Program-made: the position numbers and the translations under genes
DNA from: Wolbachia endosymbiont of Drosophila innubila
GTDB taxonomy: Bacteria > Pseudomonadota > Alphaproteobacteria > Rickettsiales > Anaplasmataceae
Direction: 5' to 3'
Length of the DNA: 32,000 nt
NCBI RefSeq assembly: GCF_021378375.1
Contig: NZ_CP076228.1
Coordinates: 240,001-272,000 of the forward strand
In this document: one piece after another, positions 1 to 9,330 of the stretch
Layout: each line of letters opens with the position of its first letter
Position numbering within the stretch: the stretch's first letter is position 1
Notes under the pieces: generated by a model
What the model was told of the DNA's origin: nothing
Databases searched by the model: none
What the model saw: the letters and a program-made list of their open reading frames with translations, nothing else

Positions 1-660
1 GATTTTGCAAAGCAAGTTGCAGGAATTACTAACCTTCCATTTACTTCAGCAGGCAATAAATTTGAAGCGCTAGCAGCAAATGATGCTTTAGTTGAGCTCA
101 GTGGAACACTCAATACAGTAGCAGTCAGTTTAATGAAAATTGCAAATGATATAAGGTTGCTTGGTTCTGGTCCAAGATGCGGAATTGGGGAAATAATGTT
201 ACCGGAAAATGAGCCTGGTTCTTCAATTATGCCAGGTAAAGTGAATCCAACTCAGTGTGAAGCGGTGACTATGGTATGCACTCAAGTTATGGGAAATCAT
301 GTTGCTGTAACCATTAGTGGTTCAAACGGTCATTTTGAATTGAATGTGTTTAAGCCAGTGATAATTTACAATGTTTTGCAGTCTATAAGACTTTTAGCTG
401 ACGCAAGTTTAAATTTTACAGAAAAATGTGTAGTTGGTATTAAAGCAAATGAAGAGAGGATAAAAGATTTACTGAATCAGTCGTTGATGTTGGTCACTAT
501 ATTAAATACGCATATAGGGTACGACAATGCAGCAAAAATAGCGAAGCTTGCTTATAAAGAAAATATCACTCTAAAAGAAGCAGCAGCAAAACTTCAACTG
601 CTCACTGAGGAAGAGTTTGAAAGGATAGTGAAACCAGAAGAAATGGTAAATTATTTGTAA
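1..660 (+). CDS. fumC: Class II fumarate hydratase, C-terminal portion (5' end lies upstream of the window)
   Basis: Frame 1 is open from base 1. It contains the fumarate-lyase signature [16 protein letters not shown] and a typical FumC C-terminus. Stop at 658-660. Confidence 0.95.
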   Translation, partial: DFAKQVAGITNLPFTSAGNKFEALAANDALVELSGTLNTVAVSLMKIANDIRLLGSGPRCGIGEIMLPENEPGSSIMPGKVNPTQCEAVTMVCTQVMGNHVAVTISGSNGHFELNVFKPVIIYNVLQSIRLLADASLNFTEKCVVGIKANEERIKDLLNQSLMLVTILNTHIGYDNAAKIAKLAYKENITLKEAAAKLQLLTEEEFERIVKPEEMVNYL

Positions 661-854
661 CCGCTCACACTTAATTCTTCAATCTCACTAATAGAAAGGC
701 CAGTAAACTTGACAATAGTGTTAACATCAACATTATTATCTTGCTTTGTCTACCTTATTTTGCCGCTCCCCTGAACGGATACGGCTTAAGACATAAGATC
801 CTTTTTCATAGCTATACTACGTTATCCAGCGTCTGGGCACTGGTTTCTTGGTAC

Positions 855-1178
855 TTATTCCGCAATAATTTTTTTTTCCTTCAATAAACTTTGCAGTTCG
901 CCTTTTTCGTACATCTCGCGAGTGATGTCGCAACCACCAATAAACTCTTCCTTTATATATAATTGTGGAATTGTTGGCCAATCAGAAAACTTTTTTATAG
1001 ATTCACGTATTTCATCATTCTCCAACACGTTAATATACTTAAACTTCACGTTCAATTTTTTTAGGATTGACACGACGAGTCCAGAGAATCCGCATTGAGG
1101 AAAATCAGAAGTGCCTTTCATATATAATACCACATCATTTTCTGTTATATCTTTTTTTATTTGTTCAAAATTGCTCAT
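855..1178 (-). CDS. grxD: Grx4-family monothiol glutaredoxin
   Basis: 107 aa with the CGFS active site (PQCGFSG) and the WPTIPQLYI motif typical of monothiol glutaredoxins. Adjacent to bolA, its usual partner. Confidence 0.93.
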   Translation of the reverse strand: MSNFEQIKKDITENDVVLYMKGTSDFPQCGFSGLVVSILKKLNVKFKYINVLENDEIRESIKKFSDWPTIPQLYIKEEFIGGCDITREMYEKGELQSLLKEKKIIAE

Positions 1179-1193
1179 AAATTCACCTTATTT

Positions 1194-1412
1194 TTAAGTA
1201 TTAGTTTCCAGTTGCAAGGCGTGTATAGACTGACCTTCCAGAGCTTTATATACCATTTTATGCTGTTCTATTTTTGTCTTTCCAAGAAAACACTTGGAGT
1301 TTATTTTTAAATGATAATGGTCATCATCTCCAGCAAGATCATGAATCTTTATATCAGCGTCGGGGAACGATTGTTTGATGATCCTCTCTAATTCGTGAAT
1401 TGCAATAGTCAT
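1194..1412 (-). CDS. bolA: BolA-family protein
   Basis: 72 aa. The HYHLKI...F.GK..IEQHKMVY..L....IHALQL pattern matches the BolA fold. Sits 15 bp upstream of grxD on the same strand. Confidence 0.85.
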   Translation of the reverse strand: MTIAIHELERIIKQSFPDADIKIHDLAGDDDHYHLKINSKCFLGKTKIEQHKMVYKALEGQSIHALQLETNT

Positions 1413-1523
1413 TGATTTGCTTTAAATTACAATACTTTCATTATAAATCTAAAACGATTGAGCGCAATAAAAAGTTGCTATCATAAAAAATAGAAGCATA
1501 CTATAATAATGGAATGACAAATT

Positions 1524-2450
1524 ATGCAGGGAGGCTTTGTGGTGGGCGAAAGATTTAAATTCACATATCTATTGGTTTTGCTAACTTTTTCATTTAGGTG
1601 CTTATCTTACGATGATAAAATAAATAACTTAGAGAATGTTTACATCAAAGCTAACTATTTTGGAGCATTCTTCAATGCAATAGGTTCTCTAGAAGGAAAA
1701 GAAGATGCAGGTGACAATATAACAGAGGGGGTTTTTAGTTTTAATAAGAAGGAGCGAATTGAAGCTGGATACAGTCCTAAATATGTTCCAGAGTTTGCCG
1801 GTAGTGCTGCAATAGGGTATTTATTCAAAAATATGAGAGTTGAGTTTGAAGGCTTATATTCTCAGACTAACTTATATGATGAAGATTATTCAGATAAGAA
1901 AAAAGCAAGATATATTGAACTTCGTCGTCACAATGATGCGTCTACTGGAGCGGAATGCAATTCACCTTGGAGAAGTGGAAAGGTTGATATTCACATTCAA
2001 GAAAATTGTAGTGTTGAAGCAGAGTTCAGAGCTGCATTTAAGATGAAAAATGAAGGTTTTAATAACTTAGCTGGAATGGTCAATGTATATCGTGATTTTA
2101 ATATAGCAAAAATGCCATTCACCCCATATGTTGGTATTGGTGCAGGTGTAACTAGGGTTAAATTTCTAGGAAAAACCAGATATGCCTTGGCTTACCAAGC
2201 AAAACTTGGTATCAATCACCAACTTACAGCACAAACTCAAGCATTTGCTGGTTTACGCTATTTTGGTATCCTTGATAACCAATTTAAAGATATTGTACCA
2301 GGAATAAAGATACTAGCTGGTGAAGGATATATTCCTGCCGGTGGAGGAAGTAAAGTTGATGAAACTGCACGTGTTGAATCAACAACTGCAACCATTACCA
2401 ATAGGTTTGGCATATATGGCTTAGAGTTTGGGTTGGTTTATCACTTTTAA
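1524..2450 (+). CDS. Outer-membrane beta-barrel surface antigen (Wsp / Surface_Ag_2 family paralog)
   Basis: N-terminal hydrophobic signal, alternating beta-strand pattern, aromatic C-terminal residue (..GLVYHF), and motifs such as PYVGIGAG and AGLRYFG typical of Anaplasmataceae Wsp/Msp-type OMPs. A GGAGG at 1529-1533 suggests the true start may be GTG at 1539/1542. Confidence 0.75.
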   Translation: MQGGFVVGERFKFTYLLVLLTFSFRCLSYDDKINNLENVYIKANYFGAFFNAIGSLEGKEDAGDNITEGVFSFNKKERIEAGYSPKYVPEFAGSAAIGYLFKNMRVEFEGLYSQTNLYDEDYSDKKKARYIELRRHNDASTGAECNSPWRSGKVDIHIQENCSVEAEFRAAFKMKNEGFNNLAGMVNVYRDFNIAKMPFTPYVGIGAGVTRVKFLGKTRYALAYQAKLGINHQLTAQTQAFAGLRYFGILDNQFKDIVPGIKILAGEGYIPAGGGSKVDETARVESTTATITNRFGIYGLEFGLVYHF

Positions 2451-2464
2451 CTTTATCCAATAAA

Positions 2465-3790
2465 TTACATATGTGAAGATAGTAAATTCAGCATGCTGAG
2501 AACATTAGAAAGACGAGATTTTAATTGATTTTCATATTTACTCCAATCTTGTATTGCCTTTCTTGCAACACCTGAATCAACTGCGGCTTTTGCAACAGCA
2601 GGAGCTACTATAGAAATTAATCTTGGGTCAAATGGAGTAGGTATTATATATTCACGTCCATAGCCCATTTTACGACCGCCATAGACTGCAGATATCTCAC
2701 CTGGTACTGGCTCACGGGCAAGCTTTGCTATTGCATCTGCAGCTGCAATTTTCATTTCATCATTTATTGTTGTTGCATGTACATCAAGTGCCCCTCTAAA
2801 TATATAAGGAAAACCCATTACGTTGTTGACTTGGTTGTTGTAATCTGACCTACCAGTTGCAATTATTGCATCTGGCCTCACAGATTTTGCAAACTCAGGC
2901 CTTACTTCTGGATCGGGATTGGCAAGAGCAAAAATAATCGGGTCTTTGCCCATACTCTTTAACATCTCTTCATTTAACACATCTTTTGCAGATAGTCCGA
3001 TGAATACATCAGCGCCTTTTATTGTATCAAGTAGAGAACGTTCGGAAGTATCAATTGCATACTTTTCCTTCCACTCATTCATATCCTCGTTTCTACCTTT
3101 GTATATTACTCCTTGCTTATCACACAGCACTATATTTTTAGCGCCCATGGACTTTAGTATTTCTAAACATGCAATACCGGCTGCTCCAGCACCATTCATA
3201 ATGATCTTAACGTCCTCTAATTTCTTTTCAACAATATCAAGAGCATTTTCTATGCCAGCTGCAACAACCACCGCAGTTCCATGCTGGTCATCATGGAACA
3301 CTGGAATATCCATCAGTTCATTCAGGCGTTTCTCTATTATAAAACAATCGGGAGATCTTATATCTTCTAAATTTATCCCCCCCCAACTTGGCCCAAGATA
3401 CCTTACTGCATTGATGAAATCTTCTATATTTTCTGTACCAACTTCTATATCAACTGCATCAATATCAGCAAAACGCTTAAATAAAACAGCTTTGCCTTCC
3501 ATGACAGGTTTTGCAGCAAGAGGACCGATATTACCAAGTCCAAGCACTGCAGTGCCATTTGAAATGACAGCAACACAGTTGCTTTTTGCTGTATAATCAT
3601 AAACAACCTCAGGATTTTTAGCTATTTCAAGGCACGGAGCTGCAACACCAGGGGAATAAGCAAGTGACAAATCATACTGGGTAGATAAAGGTTTTGTTGG
3701 CATGATTGAAATTTTACCAGGGTTACCACCTCTGCTGTGATACTTAAGCGCTTCTTGTTTTGTGGTACTATCTAAATCATCGTTCATCAT
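2465..3790 (-). CDS. NAD(P)-dependent malic enzyme (malic-enzyme domain only)
   Basis: Strong family match (GKISIMPTKPL, DLSLAYSPGVA, NGTAVLGLGNIGP, FHDDQHGTA, NGAGAAG Rossmann motif). The ORF is open to 3850, but the internal Met at 3790 (MMNDDLD..) fits homolog N-termini better. Confidence 0.9.
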   Translation of the reverse strand: MMNDDLDSTTKQEALKYHSRGGNPGKISIMPTKPLSTQYDLSLAYSPGVAAPCLEIAKNPEVVYDYTAKSNCVAVISNGTAVLGLGNIGPLAAKPVMEGKAVLFKRFADIDAVDIEVGTENIEDFINAVRYLGPSWGGINLEDIRSPDCFIIEKRLNELMDIPVFHDDQHGTAVVVAAGIENALDIVEKKLEDVKIIMNGAGAAGIACLEILKSMGAKNIVLCDKQGVIYKGRNEDMNEWKEKYAIDTSERSLLDTIKGADVFIGLSAKDVLNEEMLKSMGKDPIIFALANPDPEVRPEFAKSVRPDAIIATGRSDYNNQVNNVMGFPYIFRGALDVHATTINDEMKIAAADAIAKLAREPVPGEISAVYGGRKMGYGREYIIPTPFDPRLISIVAPAVAKAAVDSGVARKAIQDWSKYENQLKSRLSNVLSMLNLLSSHM

Positions 3791-3921
3791 TACATCCTTA
3801 TATTTTAAGCTTGTATTTTTTAAGTATATGGAGTTTTTATAAATGTTCAATTGTAAACTATTAACTTGTGAACTCTGTTGTACTTCTGTATAAGTTTACC
3901 TATTACGTAAGATGATATTAC

Positions 3922-4455
3922 ATGCTTAAAAAAAACGTGCCTAATTTGCTTACAATTTCTCGTGCACTTGCAATACCAGCAATAATATTAAGTTTTTATA
4001 TAGAAAATAAATATGCAGGCCTGATAACAATATCAATCTTTGTGTTTGCGTGCATTACGGATTTTTTTGATGGTTACCTGGCGCGTGCGTGGAAAGTCCA
4101 ATCAAAGTTTGGCAAGCTATTTGATCCAATTGCTGACAAATTAATAGTGGTTTCAACGATAATTATGCTAGTTTATAAGCATAAGATAAATGATTTTACA
4201 ATAGTACCATCGATTATCATCATCTGTCGGGAGATATTAGTCTCGGGTTTACGGGAGTTTCTGATAGCTACAAATGTTAGTCTACCTGTAAGCAAAGCTG
4301 GAAAAATTAAAACATTTTTGCAGATGGTTGCTGTAGTAGCGCTAATAATGAACGATTATTATATGATTCAATATACAGGTGCGATTTGTTTATGGGTTGC
4401 AGCTATTATAACTATGTGGTCAGGCTATAATTATATCCTAGCCGGCATCAAATAG
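3922..4455 (+). CDS. pgsA: CDP-diacylglycerol--glycerol-3-phosphate 3-phosphatidyltransferase
   Basis: 177-aa polytopic membrane protein with the CDP-alcohol phosphatidyltransferase motif DFFDGYLAR...G...DPIADK. Confidence 0.9.
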   Translation: MLKKNVPNLLTISRALAIPAIILSFYIENKYAGLITISIFVFACITDFFDGYLARAWKVQSKFGKLFDPIADKLIVVSTIIMLVYKHKINDFTIVPSIIIICREILVSGLREFLIATNVSLPVSKAGKIKTFLQMVAVVALIMNDYYMIQYTGAICLWVAAIITMWSGYNYILAGIK

Positions 4456-4575
4456 ATTGATTAAATCTCCTAGGAAATAGTTAATAGACAAGAGTAGTTA
4501 ATATCTTAGTGATATTGACTCAGAAAGCAAAAAGGTGTATAATTGTATTAACTTACTACTAATTAGGTTAATATT

Positions 4576-4803
4576 ATGAAAATACCTAGTGGCAAATTTT
4601 CTTCTACTAAAAAGGTTCCAGGAAAGAATAAGAAAAAAAGAGATTTTGAACCATTAGAAGAGTTTTTTTGGGATTTTTGGCCAACAGTTGATAAAGAAGT
4701 CAAAAGAGAAAGGCTAGAACAAGAACTATTAGCACTAAAAAAAAGAGAGCTATATAGAGAAAATGTGCATCATTGGCAACAATGGTCCCATTTACATTGC
4801 TGA
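4576..4803 (+). CDS. Hypothetical lysine-rich small protein (possibly the 5' part of a split gene with the next ORF)
   Basis: 75-aa ORF, basic and charged, with no recognisable domain. Overlaps the following ORF by about 22-30 nt in another frame. Confidence 0.4.
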   Translation: MKIPSGKFSSTKKVPGKNKKKRDFEPLEEFFWDFWPTVDKEVKRERLEQELLALKKRELYRENVHHWQQWSHLHC

Positions 4804-5519
4804 TGGCGATTGAACTGGAAAAAACATATAGCGATCAGGTATTACTTGGCGTGATAAGTGGCGCGCTAAGCCACACTATATTACCTTTTACAGTCTTATC
4901 TCTTATTTGTACGCTATATTTAATTTACAATAATAGGAAGATAGCACAAAAAGAACGAGAGTTGGATATTATTGAAAATGGAGAGGAAGTAAAGGAAAAA
5001 GAGCACAATATTTCTGATATAGGTCAGTGTTTGATCTATATTGAGGCTATAACAACTGCACTGGTTATTGTAGGTATGATAATGGGTGAAACATCTTCAC
5101 TTGAAGCAGCAGAGGATGCAATTTTATTTCTTGCCAATGCAATTGCTTTTCTTGCAACTCTTGTTTCTTATATTGATAAGCATGAAAAAAATAAGAAAAA
5201 GGAAACAGAAAAGTCTGATCTTGATGAGAAATCTAGCAAGAAAACTAGCAATATATCTGTAGCCGGATTGGCGCTTGCTGGTTCTTCTGTATTTTCAATA
5301 AGAAGGATAATGTTAATAGCATTAGCATCGTCCTTAAATCCTGCTGTTGGACCTACTTTAGGCTTGGTAGGTATTGCAATTTTTATGGCTGTACAGGTCT
5401 TAACTATACATTCCTACAGTAAGACGCTGAAAGATCCAAAAGTGGAAGGACGAGGTGAATCAAGAAATACAGGTAGTTCTGACCGTAGTTATAAAGAAGA
5501 AGGACCGGCTATTGCCTAA
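4782..5519 (+). CDS. Hypothetical multi-pass membrane protein
   Basis: ORF is open from TTG 4773, with the first ATG at 4782. Several hydrophobic helices are separated by K/E-rich linkers. No family recognised. Confidence 0.55.
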   Translation: MVPFTLLMAIELEKTYSDQVLLGVISGALSHTILPFTVLSLICTLYLIYNNRKIAQKERELDIIENGEEVKEKEHNISDIGQCLIYIEAITTALVIVGMIMGETSSLEAAEDAILFLANAIAFLATLVSYIDKHEKNKKKETEKSDLDEKSSKKTSNISVAGLALAGSSVFSIRRIMLIALASSLNPAVGPTLGLVGIAIFMAVQVLTIHSYSKTLKDPKVEGRGESRNTGSSDRSYKEEGPAIA

Positions 5520-5579
5520 GAAATTTATTTATTTAAGTAATATTTAGGTCTATACTTTATTTTGATCGAAAAAAATCTT

Positions 5580-6293
5580 ATGTATAAGACTTTAATCACG
5601 TGCTTTATTTTCCTAATTTGCTCCTTTACACAATCGTATGCGGATGATCTTGAAAAAACTGAAACTGAAACTGAACTATATGAAGAAGCAGTTGAACTTT
5701 TTGATCAGAAAAAATATAAACAAGCTATTAGGGCATTTCATAAGATAGAGGATTTGTATCCTTTTTCTTATTGGGCAATGAAAGCAAAATTATTATCTGG
5801 GGTCTCTCACTATAATATGGGTAACTATAGCAGTGCTGCAAGTGATATGGCTGATTATATATATGTTTATTCAAATGGTGAAGATTTACCATATGTATAC
5901 TACTTAAGAGTATTATCTTATTACATGCAAATTAATAAAGTGCAACTTGGACAGCAAACTGCATATAAAACTTTAGAGCTAGCCACTGAGTACATTAATC
6001 TCTTTCCAGGCAGCGAATATGTAGACGAGATAAAGGAAAGAGCAAAATTAATCACAGAACATATATCAACAAAAGAGTATTCTATCGGTAAATTTTACCT
6101 GAGGCGTGGTGAATATTTAGCAGCAATTAAGCGTTTCCAGAATATGGCAAGCTATAAGGATTCTAAATATTTTTCTAAGTCTATTAACCATTTAATAGCA
6201 GCCCATTCAGCTCTTGGCCTTGACTTAGAAGCTGAGCAGTATGAAAGTATGTTATTAGCAGAAAACCTGCAAGATGCCAAGCCAGAGGCTTGA
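5580..6293 (+). CDS. bamD: Outer membrane protein assembly factor BamD (TPR lipoprotein, YfiO family)
   Basis: N-terminal signal peptide followed by TPR-like repeats (YEEAVELFDQKKYKQAIRAF.., FYLRRGEYLAAIKRFQ). ORF is open from TTG 5562, with the first ATG at 5580. Confidence 0.8.
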   Translation: MYKTLITCFIFLICSFTQSYADDLEKTETETELYEEAVELFDQKKYKQAIRAFHKIEDLYPFSYWAMKAKLLSGVSHYNMGNYSSAASDMADYIYVYSNGEDLPYVYYLRVLSYYMQINKVQLGQQTAYKTLELATEYINLFPGSEYVDEIKERAKLITEHISTKEYSIGKFYLRRGEYLAAIKRFQNMASYKDSKYFSKSINHLIAAHSALGLDLEAEQYESMLLAENLQDAKPEA

Positions 6294-6352
6294 AAATTTG
6301 CTTTAGCTTTTTCTATGCTTTGATATATAATTAGGTTTTTAACTATTTGAAT

Positions 6353-7093
6353 ATGGCTGGTCATTCACAATTTTCAAATATAAAACATCGGAAAGGCGCT
6401 CAGGATGCAAAGCGCTCTCAAAAATTTACGAAGCTGATCAGAGAAATAACAGTTGCTGCAAAGCAAGGGCTGCCCGATCCCGAACTCAACCCGCGCCTTC
6501 GCTCTGCTATATTTGCTGCACGCAAGGAAAATCTACCAAAAGATAAAATAGAAACAGCAATAAAAAATGCAACTGGTAACGTTGCTGGAGAAAATTACGA
6601 GGAAATCCAATATGAAGGTCATGGGCCTTCTGGCACTGCACTCATTGTCCATGTTTTGACTAATAATCGCAACCGAACTGCTTCTGAGGTACGTTATATA
6701 TTTTCTCGCAAGGGTGGAAACTTGGGAGAAACAGGAAGTGTTAGTTACCTTTTCGATCATGTAGGCTTAATCGTCTATAAAGCAGAGGGTGTGAATTTTG
6801 ATGATTTATTCAGTCATGGAATCGAATTAGAAGTATTGAATGTTGAGGAAAATGACAAAGAAGGATTACACGTTATAACTTGTGAAATAAAAGATTTTGG
6901 TAAAGTACGCGATGCCTTTTATGCAAAATTCGGAGAACCAGAACTTGCTCGTCTTTCATGGCAGCCAAAAGATCTGATTGAAATTAGCGATAAAGAGTTG
7001 ATTGATAAATTATCTGCATTGGTTGAAGAATTAGAAGATAATGATGATGTACAGTATGTGGAAGGTAATTTTACTTTTGTTGATGCTGTTTAA
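6353..7093 (+). CDS. yebC: YebC/PmpR-family DNA-binding transcriptional regulator
   Basis: Canonical N-terminus MAGHSQFSNIKHRKGAQDAKR and full-length family match. ATG at 6353 (the ORF track starts at upstream TTG 6347). Confidence 0.93.
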   Translation: MAGHSQFSNIKHRKGAQDAKRSQKFTKLIREITVAAKQGLPDPELNPRLRSAIFAARKENLPKDKIETAIKNATGNVAGENYEEIQYEGHGPSGTALIVHVLTNNRNRTASEVRYIFSRKGGNLGETGSVSYLFDHVGLIVYKAEGVNFDDLFSHGIELEVLNVEENDKEGLHVITCEIKDFGKVRDAFYAKFGEPELARLSWQPKDLIEISDKELIDKLSALVEELEDNDDVQYVEGNFTFVDAV

Positions 7094-8035
7094 ATGATGA
7101 AGCTGATTGTATTTATGCTGCTCTTTATCTTACCGTTATATACCGCTGAAACATCAACAGATCTTGCACAGCCATTCCAGCATGGAATCAGAAAAAAAAA
7201 AGCTACTTTGACGACAGAAAGTGATAGAAAGTTGTTATTCATATCCAGTACCATAAAATCTTCCTTTTTTGCCACGGAAGGGTTGGCGCCAAATACAGCG
7301 GTGAAATTGATCAACATATATAAAGATTTCGGTGTTGATTTTAAAAAAGACATTGTGCCGAAGAGTAAATTGGAGGTTCTTTTTGAGAGATTGCCTAATA
7401 ATCAGAAGACTGAAGAAAAAATTTTATATGCTTCACTGATAATAAACAAGAAAGCTATTAGTTTATATCATTATAAATCGCAAGACGGCAAAGAAAGGTA
7501 TTTTAATAAAGAAGGAATAAGCTTAAAAAATGGCGAAATTTTTGCAAATCCTTTAAATGGAGATTATCGCATATCCTCAAAATTTGGCAATAGAAAGCAT
7601 CCTGTTCGCGGTAAAATTGCTTTTCACAAAGGAGTGGATTATGCAGCTAAACTTGGCACTCCCATATACGCTGCTGCAGAGGGTGTGATAGAATATATAG
7701 GAAAGAATGGTGGCTATGGAAATTACATCAAAATAAAACACAAAAATGAATATTCAACCTGTTACGCGCATATAAGTAGATTTAGTGGCGATATAAAGTT
7801 AGGCTCTAAAGTAAAGCAGGGGCAGGTCATCGCCTATGTTGGTAGCACTGGTGTTGCAACAGGCCCTCATTTACATTACGAAGTTATATATAACGGCAAA
7901 CACATCGATCCGCTTACGATAGCACATAAAACTGAAGTAAAATTGCCTGATCATGAATTAAGAGAGTTTAAACTATTTGTAAATAAGATAAATAAAACGA
8001 TCAACAGAGAGAGTTCAAGTGAAAAAGAAGTTTAA
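7094..8035 (+). CDS. M23-family metallopeptidase (LytM/NlpD-like)
   Basis: Signal peptide plus the M23 catalytic motifs HKGVDYAA ... GSTGVATGPHLHYEV. Start ATG abuts the yebC stop (TAAATG). Confidence 0.9.
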   Translation: MMKLIVFMLLFILPLYTAETSTDLAQPFQHGIRKKKATLTTESDRKLLFISSTIKSSFFATEGLAPNTAVKLINIYKDFGVDFKKDIVPKSKLEVLFERLPNNQKTEEKILYASLIINKKAISLYHYKSQDGKERYFNKEGISLKNGEIFANPLNGDYRISSKFGNRKHPVRGKIAFHKGVDYAAKLGTPIYAAAEGVIEYIGKNGGYGNYIKIKHKNEYSTCYAHISRFSGDIKLGSKVKQGQVIAYVGSTGVATGPHLHYEVIYNGKHIDPLTIAHKTEVKLPDHELREFKLFVNKINKTINRESSSEKEV

Positions 8036-8071
8036 AGACAATATGGATAAGAATACGATAAACGATAGAAT

Positions 8072-8887
8072 TTGAGTCAAATTCGGGCTTTTCCTGTACT
8101 AATAGCGCTAGGATTAATTTTATCGCTGCTTTTTTTGGCATATGACAGCACAATTGCACTTGGAGTTGCTGCCGTTTCAATTTTGACTTTTCTTCAAGGA
8201 TTTTTTATTAATGACCCTAATGAAGCAAGAGTGATAGAATTTTTTGGTCATTATATTGGAACTTATTTTAAGTCTGGAATATGTGTAACGCTTCCCTTTT
8301 CAAGCAAATATATAGTTTCCCTAAAATTTCAGAATATTAACACAGAAAAAATAAAAGTTAATGATGCAAATGGAAGTCCAATAGAGATTTCTGCAGTAAT
8401 TGTTTGGAGAGTGAGCAGTCCTGCAAAGGCGTATTATAATGTTAACAACTATCACGAATTTGTTTTTGTACAAAGTGACTCGGTAATTAGAGAATTGGCG
8501 AGCAATTATCCGTATGACAGCGAGAGCAATGAGGAATCTTTACGTAAAAATTCTGATAAAATTTCAGATGAATTGCGGTCAATGTTACAACAAAGATTAG
8601 ATATTGCAGGAATTGAGATTACAGAAGCAAGAATATCGCATTTGGCGTATTCGTCCGAGATTGCACAAGCAATGTTAAGGCGTCAACAAGCACATGCTAT
8701 CACTTCGGCAAGAAGGCATATAGTGCAAAATGCAATAGGAATTGTCGAGGAAGTAATAGCTCATTTTGAAAAAAACAAAAGCTTACAATTAGATGGCAAG
8801 CAAAAGGTTCAATTGATAAATAATTTGTTGGTTGCCCTAATCTCTGAGCAAGATGCACAACCGACGATTAGTTTAGATAATAATTAG
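8072..8887 (+). CDS. SPFH/band-7 domain membrane protein
   Basis: N-terminal TM helices followed by an SPFH-like core (VIVWRV..P..AYYNV, ..LRR.A...., AEIAQAMLRRQQA). TTG start, with no in-frame ATG nearby. Confidence 0.82.
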   Translation: MSQIRAFPVLIALGLILSLLFLAYDSTIALGVAAVSILTFLQGFFINDPNEARVIEFFGHYIGTYFKSGICVTLPFSSKYIVSLKFQNINTEKIKVNDANGSPIEISAVIVWRVSSPAKAYYNVNNYHEFVFVQSDSVIRELASNYPYDSESNEESLRKNSDKISDELRSMLQQRLDIAGIEITEARISHLAYSSEIAQAMLRRQQAHAITSARRHIVQNAIGIVEEVIAHFEKNKSLQLDGKQKVQLINNLLVALISEQDAQPTISLDNN

Positions 8888-8964
8888 CATAGAAGCCGAT
8901 TGGGTTTCATAAATGCAAGTCACTATTAATTTCTTGATTAATAGACTAAATGATGTTATAAATT

Positions 8965-9054
8965 ACACGCATTAGGGGTGCTCTAGAAAAGCTGAGAGTA
9001 CATAAAGTACAACCCTTTGAACCTGATATTGTTAAAGCAAGCGTAGGAAAATGT
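8965..9054 (+). promoter_or_regulatory. TPP (thiamine pyrophosphate) riboswitch / THI-box
   Basis: All conserved THI-box blocks are present in order: GGGGTGC (8975-8981), CTGAGA (8992-8997), ACCCTTTGAACCTGAT (9012-9026) and GCGTAGG (9041-9047). A putative P1 pairs 8965-8973 with 9050-9058 (8 of 9 pairs including one G-U), covering the AGGAAAA SD-like stretch and the ATG at 9055. Confidence 0.87.
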
Positions 9055-9330
9055 ATGTATATAAATATTGAAGAATGCTTCGGCTTCATTGCGTTAATTG
9101 CATCTCTAATTGGATTATCACCTCAAGTATATAAAGCATATATCACTAAAGTTACTCGTGATGTATCGATGTTAATGTTAGTAAACTATCTTATTTGTTC
9201 ATTGTCTTGGATTGGCTATGGTCTTTACCAGAGCTCAATTTTTGTGGTGCTTAGCAATATTGCTGGATTAGTGATTAGCATAATATCAATTATTCAAAAA
9301 TGTTACTACGATGCAAAACCTGCACCATGA
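9055..9330 (+). CDS. PQ-loop / semiSWEET-like 3-TM mini-transporter (candidate thiamine importer)
   Basis: 91 aa with three predicted TM helices and a PQ motif in TM1 (LSPQVYKAY). This size and topology fit bacterial semiSWEETs. The start codon lies inside the riboswitch expression platform. Confidence 0.78.
   Translation: MYINIEECFGFIALIASLIGLSPQVYKAYITKVTRDVSMLMLVNYLICSLSWIGYGLYQSSIFVVLSNIAGLVISIISIIQKCYYDAKPAP

Noticed and set aside
651-770. Minus-strand peptide ..[27 protein letters not shown] just downstream of fumC. It is reminiscent of the HTH-like C-terminal tail of Rpn/PD-(D/E)XK 'putative transposase' proteins common in Rickettsiales.
   Set aside because: Only about 30 codons are open, with no start codon and no nuclease core. 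The resemblance is from memory of a short motif and cannot be verified without a database search. At best it is a relic.
822-846. Short palindrome ccagcgtctgggcactgg downstream of grxD, considered as a terminator.
   Set aside because: It belongs to the same 'ccag(c/t)g..cactgg' palindromic repeat family seen at 14707-14837 and in valS, and it lacks a U-tract. It is better read as another repeat copy than as a dedicated terminator.
2919-3596. 225-aa ORF antisense to the malic enzyme gene. The same applies to antisense or shadow ORFs at 1840-2046, 6152-6364, 6533-6760, 7090-7353, 11652-12538, 12748-13898, 15028-15329, 18700-18966, 19468-19824, 21561-22356, 23084-23323, 23661-24011, 24445-25287, 26864-27133, 27332-27514, 27837-28028, 29535-29738, 30394-31431 and 31691-31930.
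   Set aside because: All lie inside, and opposite to or out of frame with, strongly supported genes. They have low-complexity S/F/I/L-rich composition typical of shadow ORFs in AT-rich DNA, and none shows a recognisable motif.
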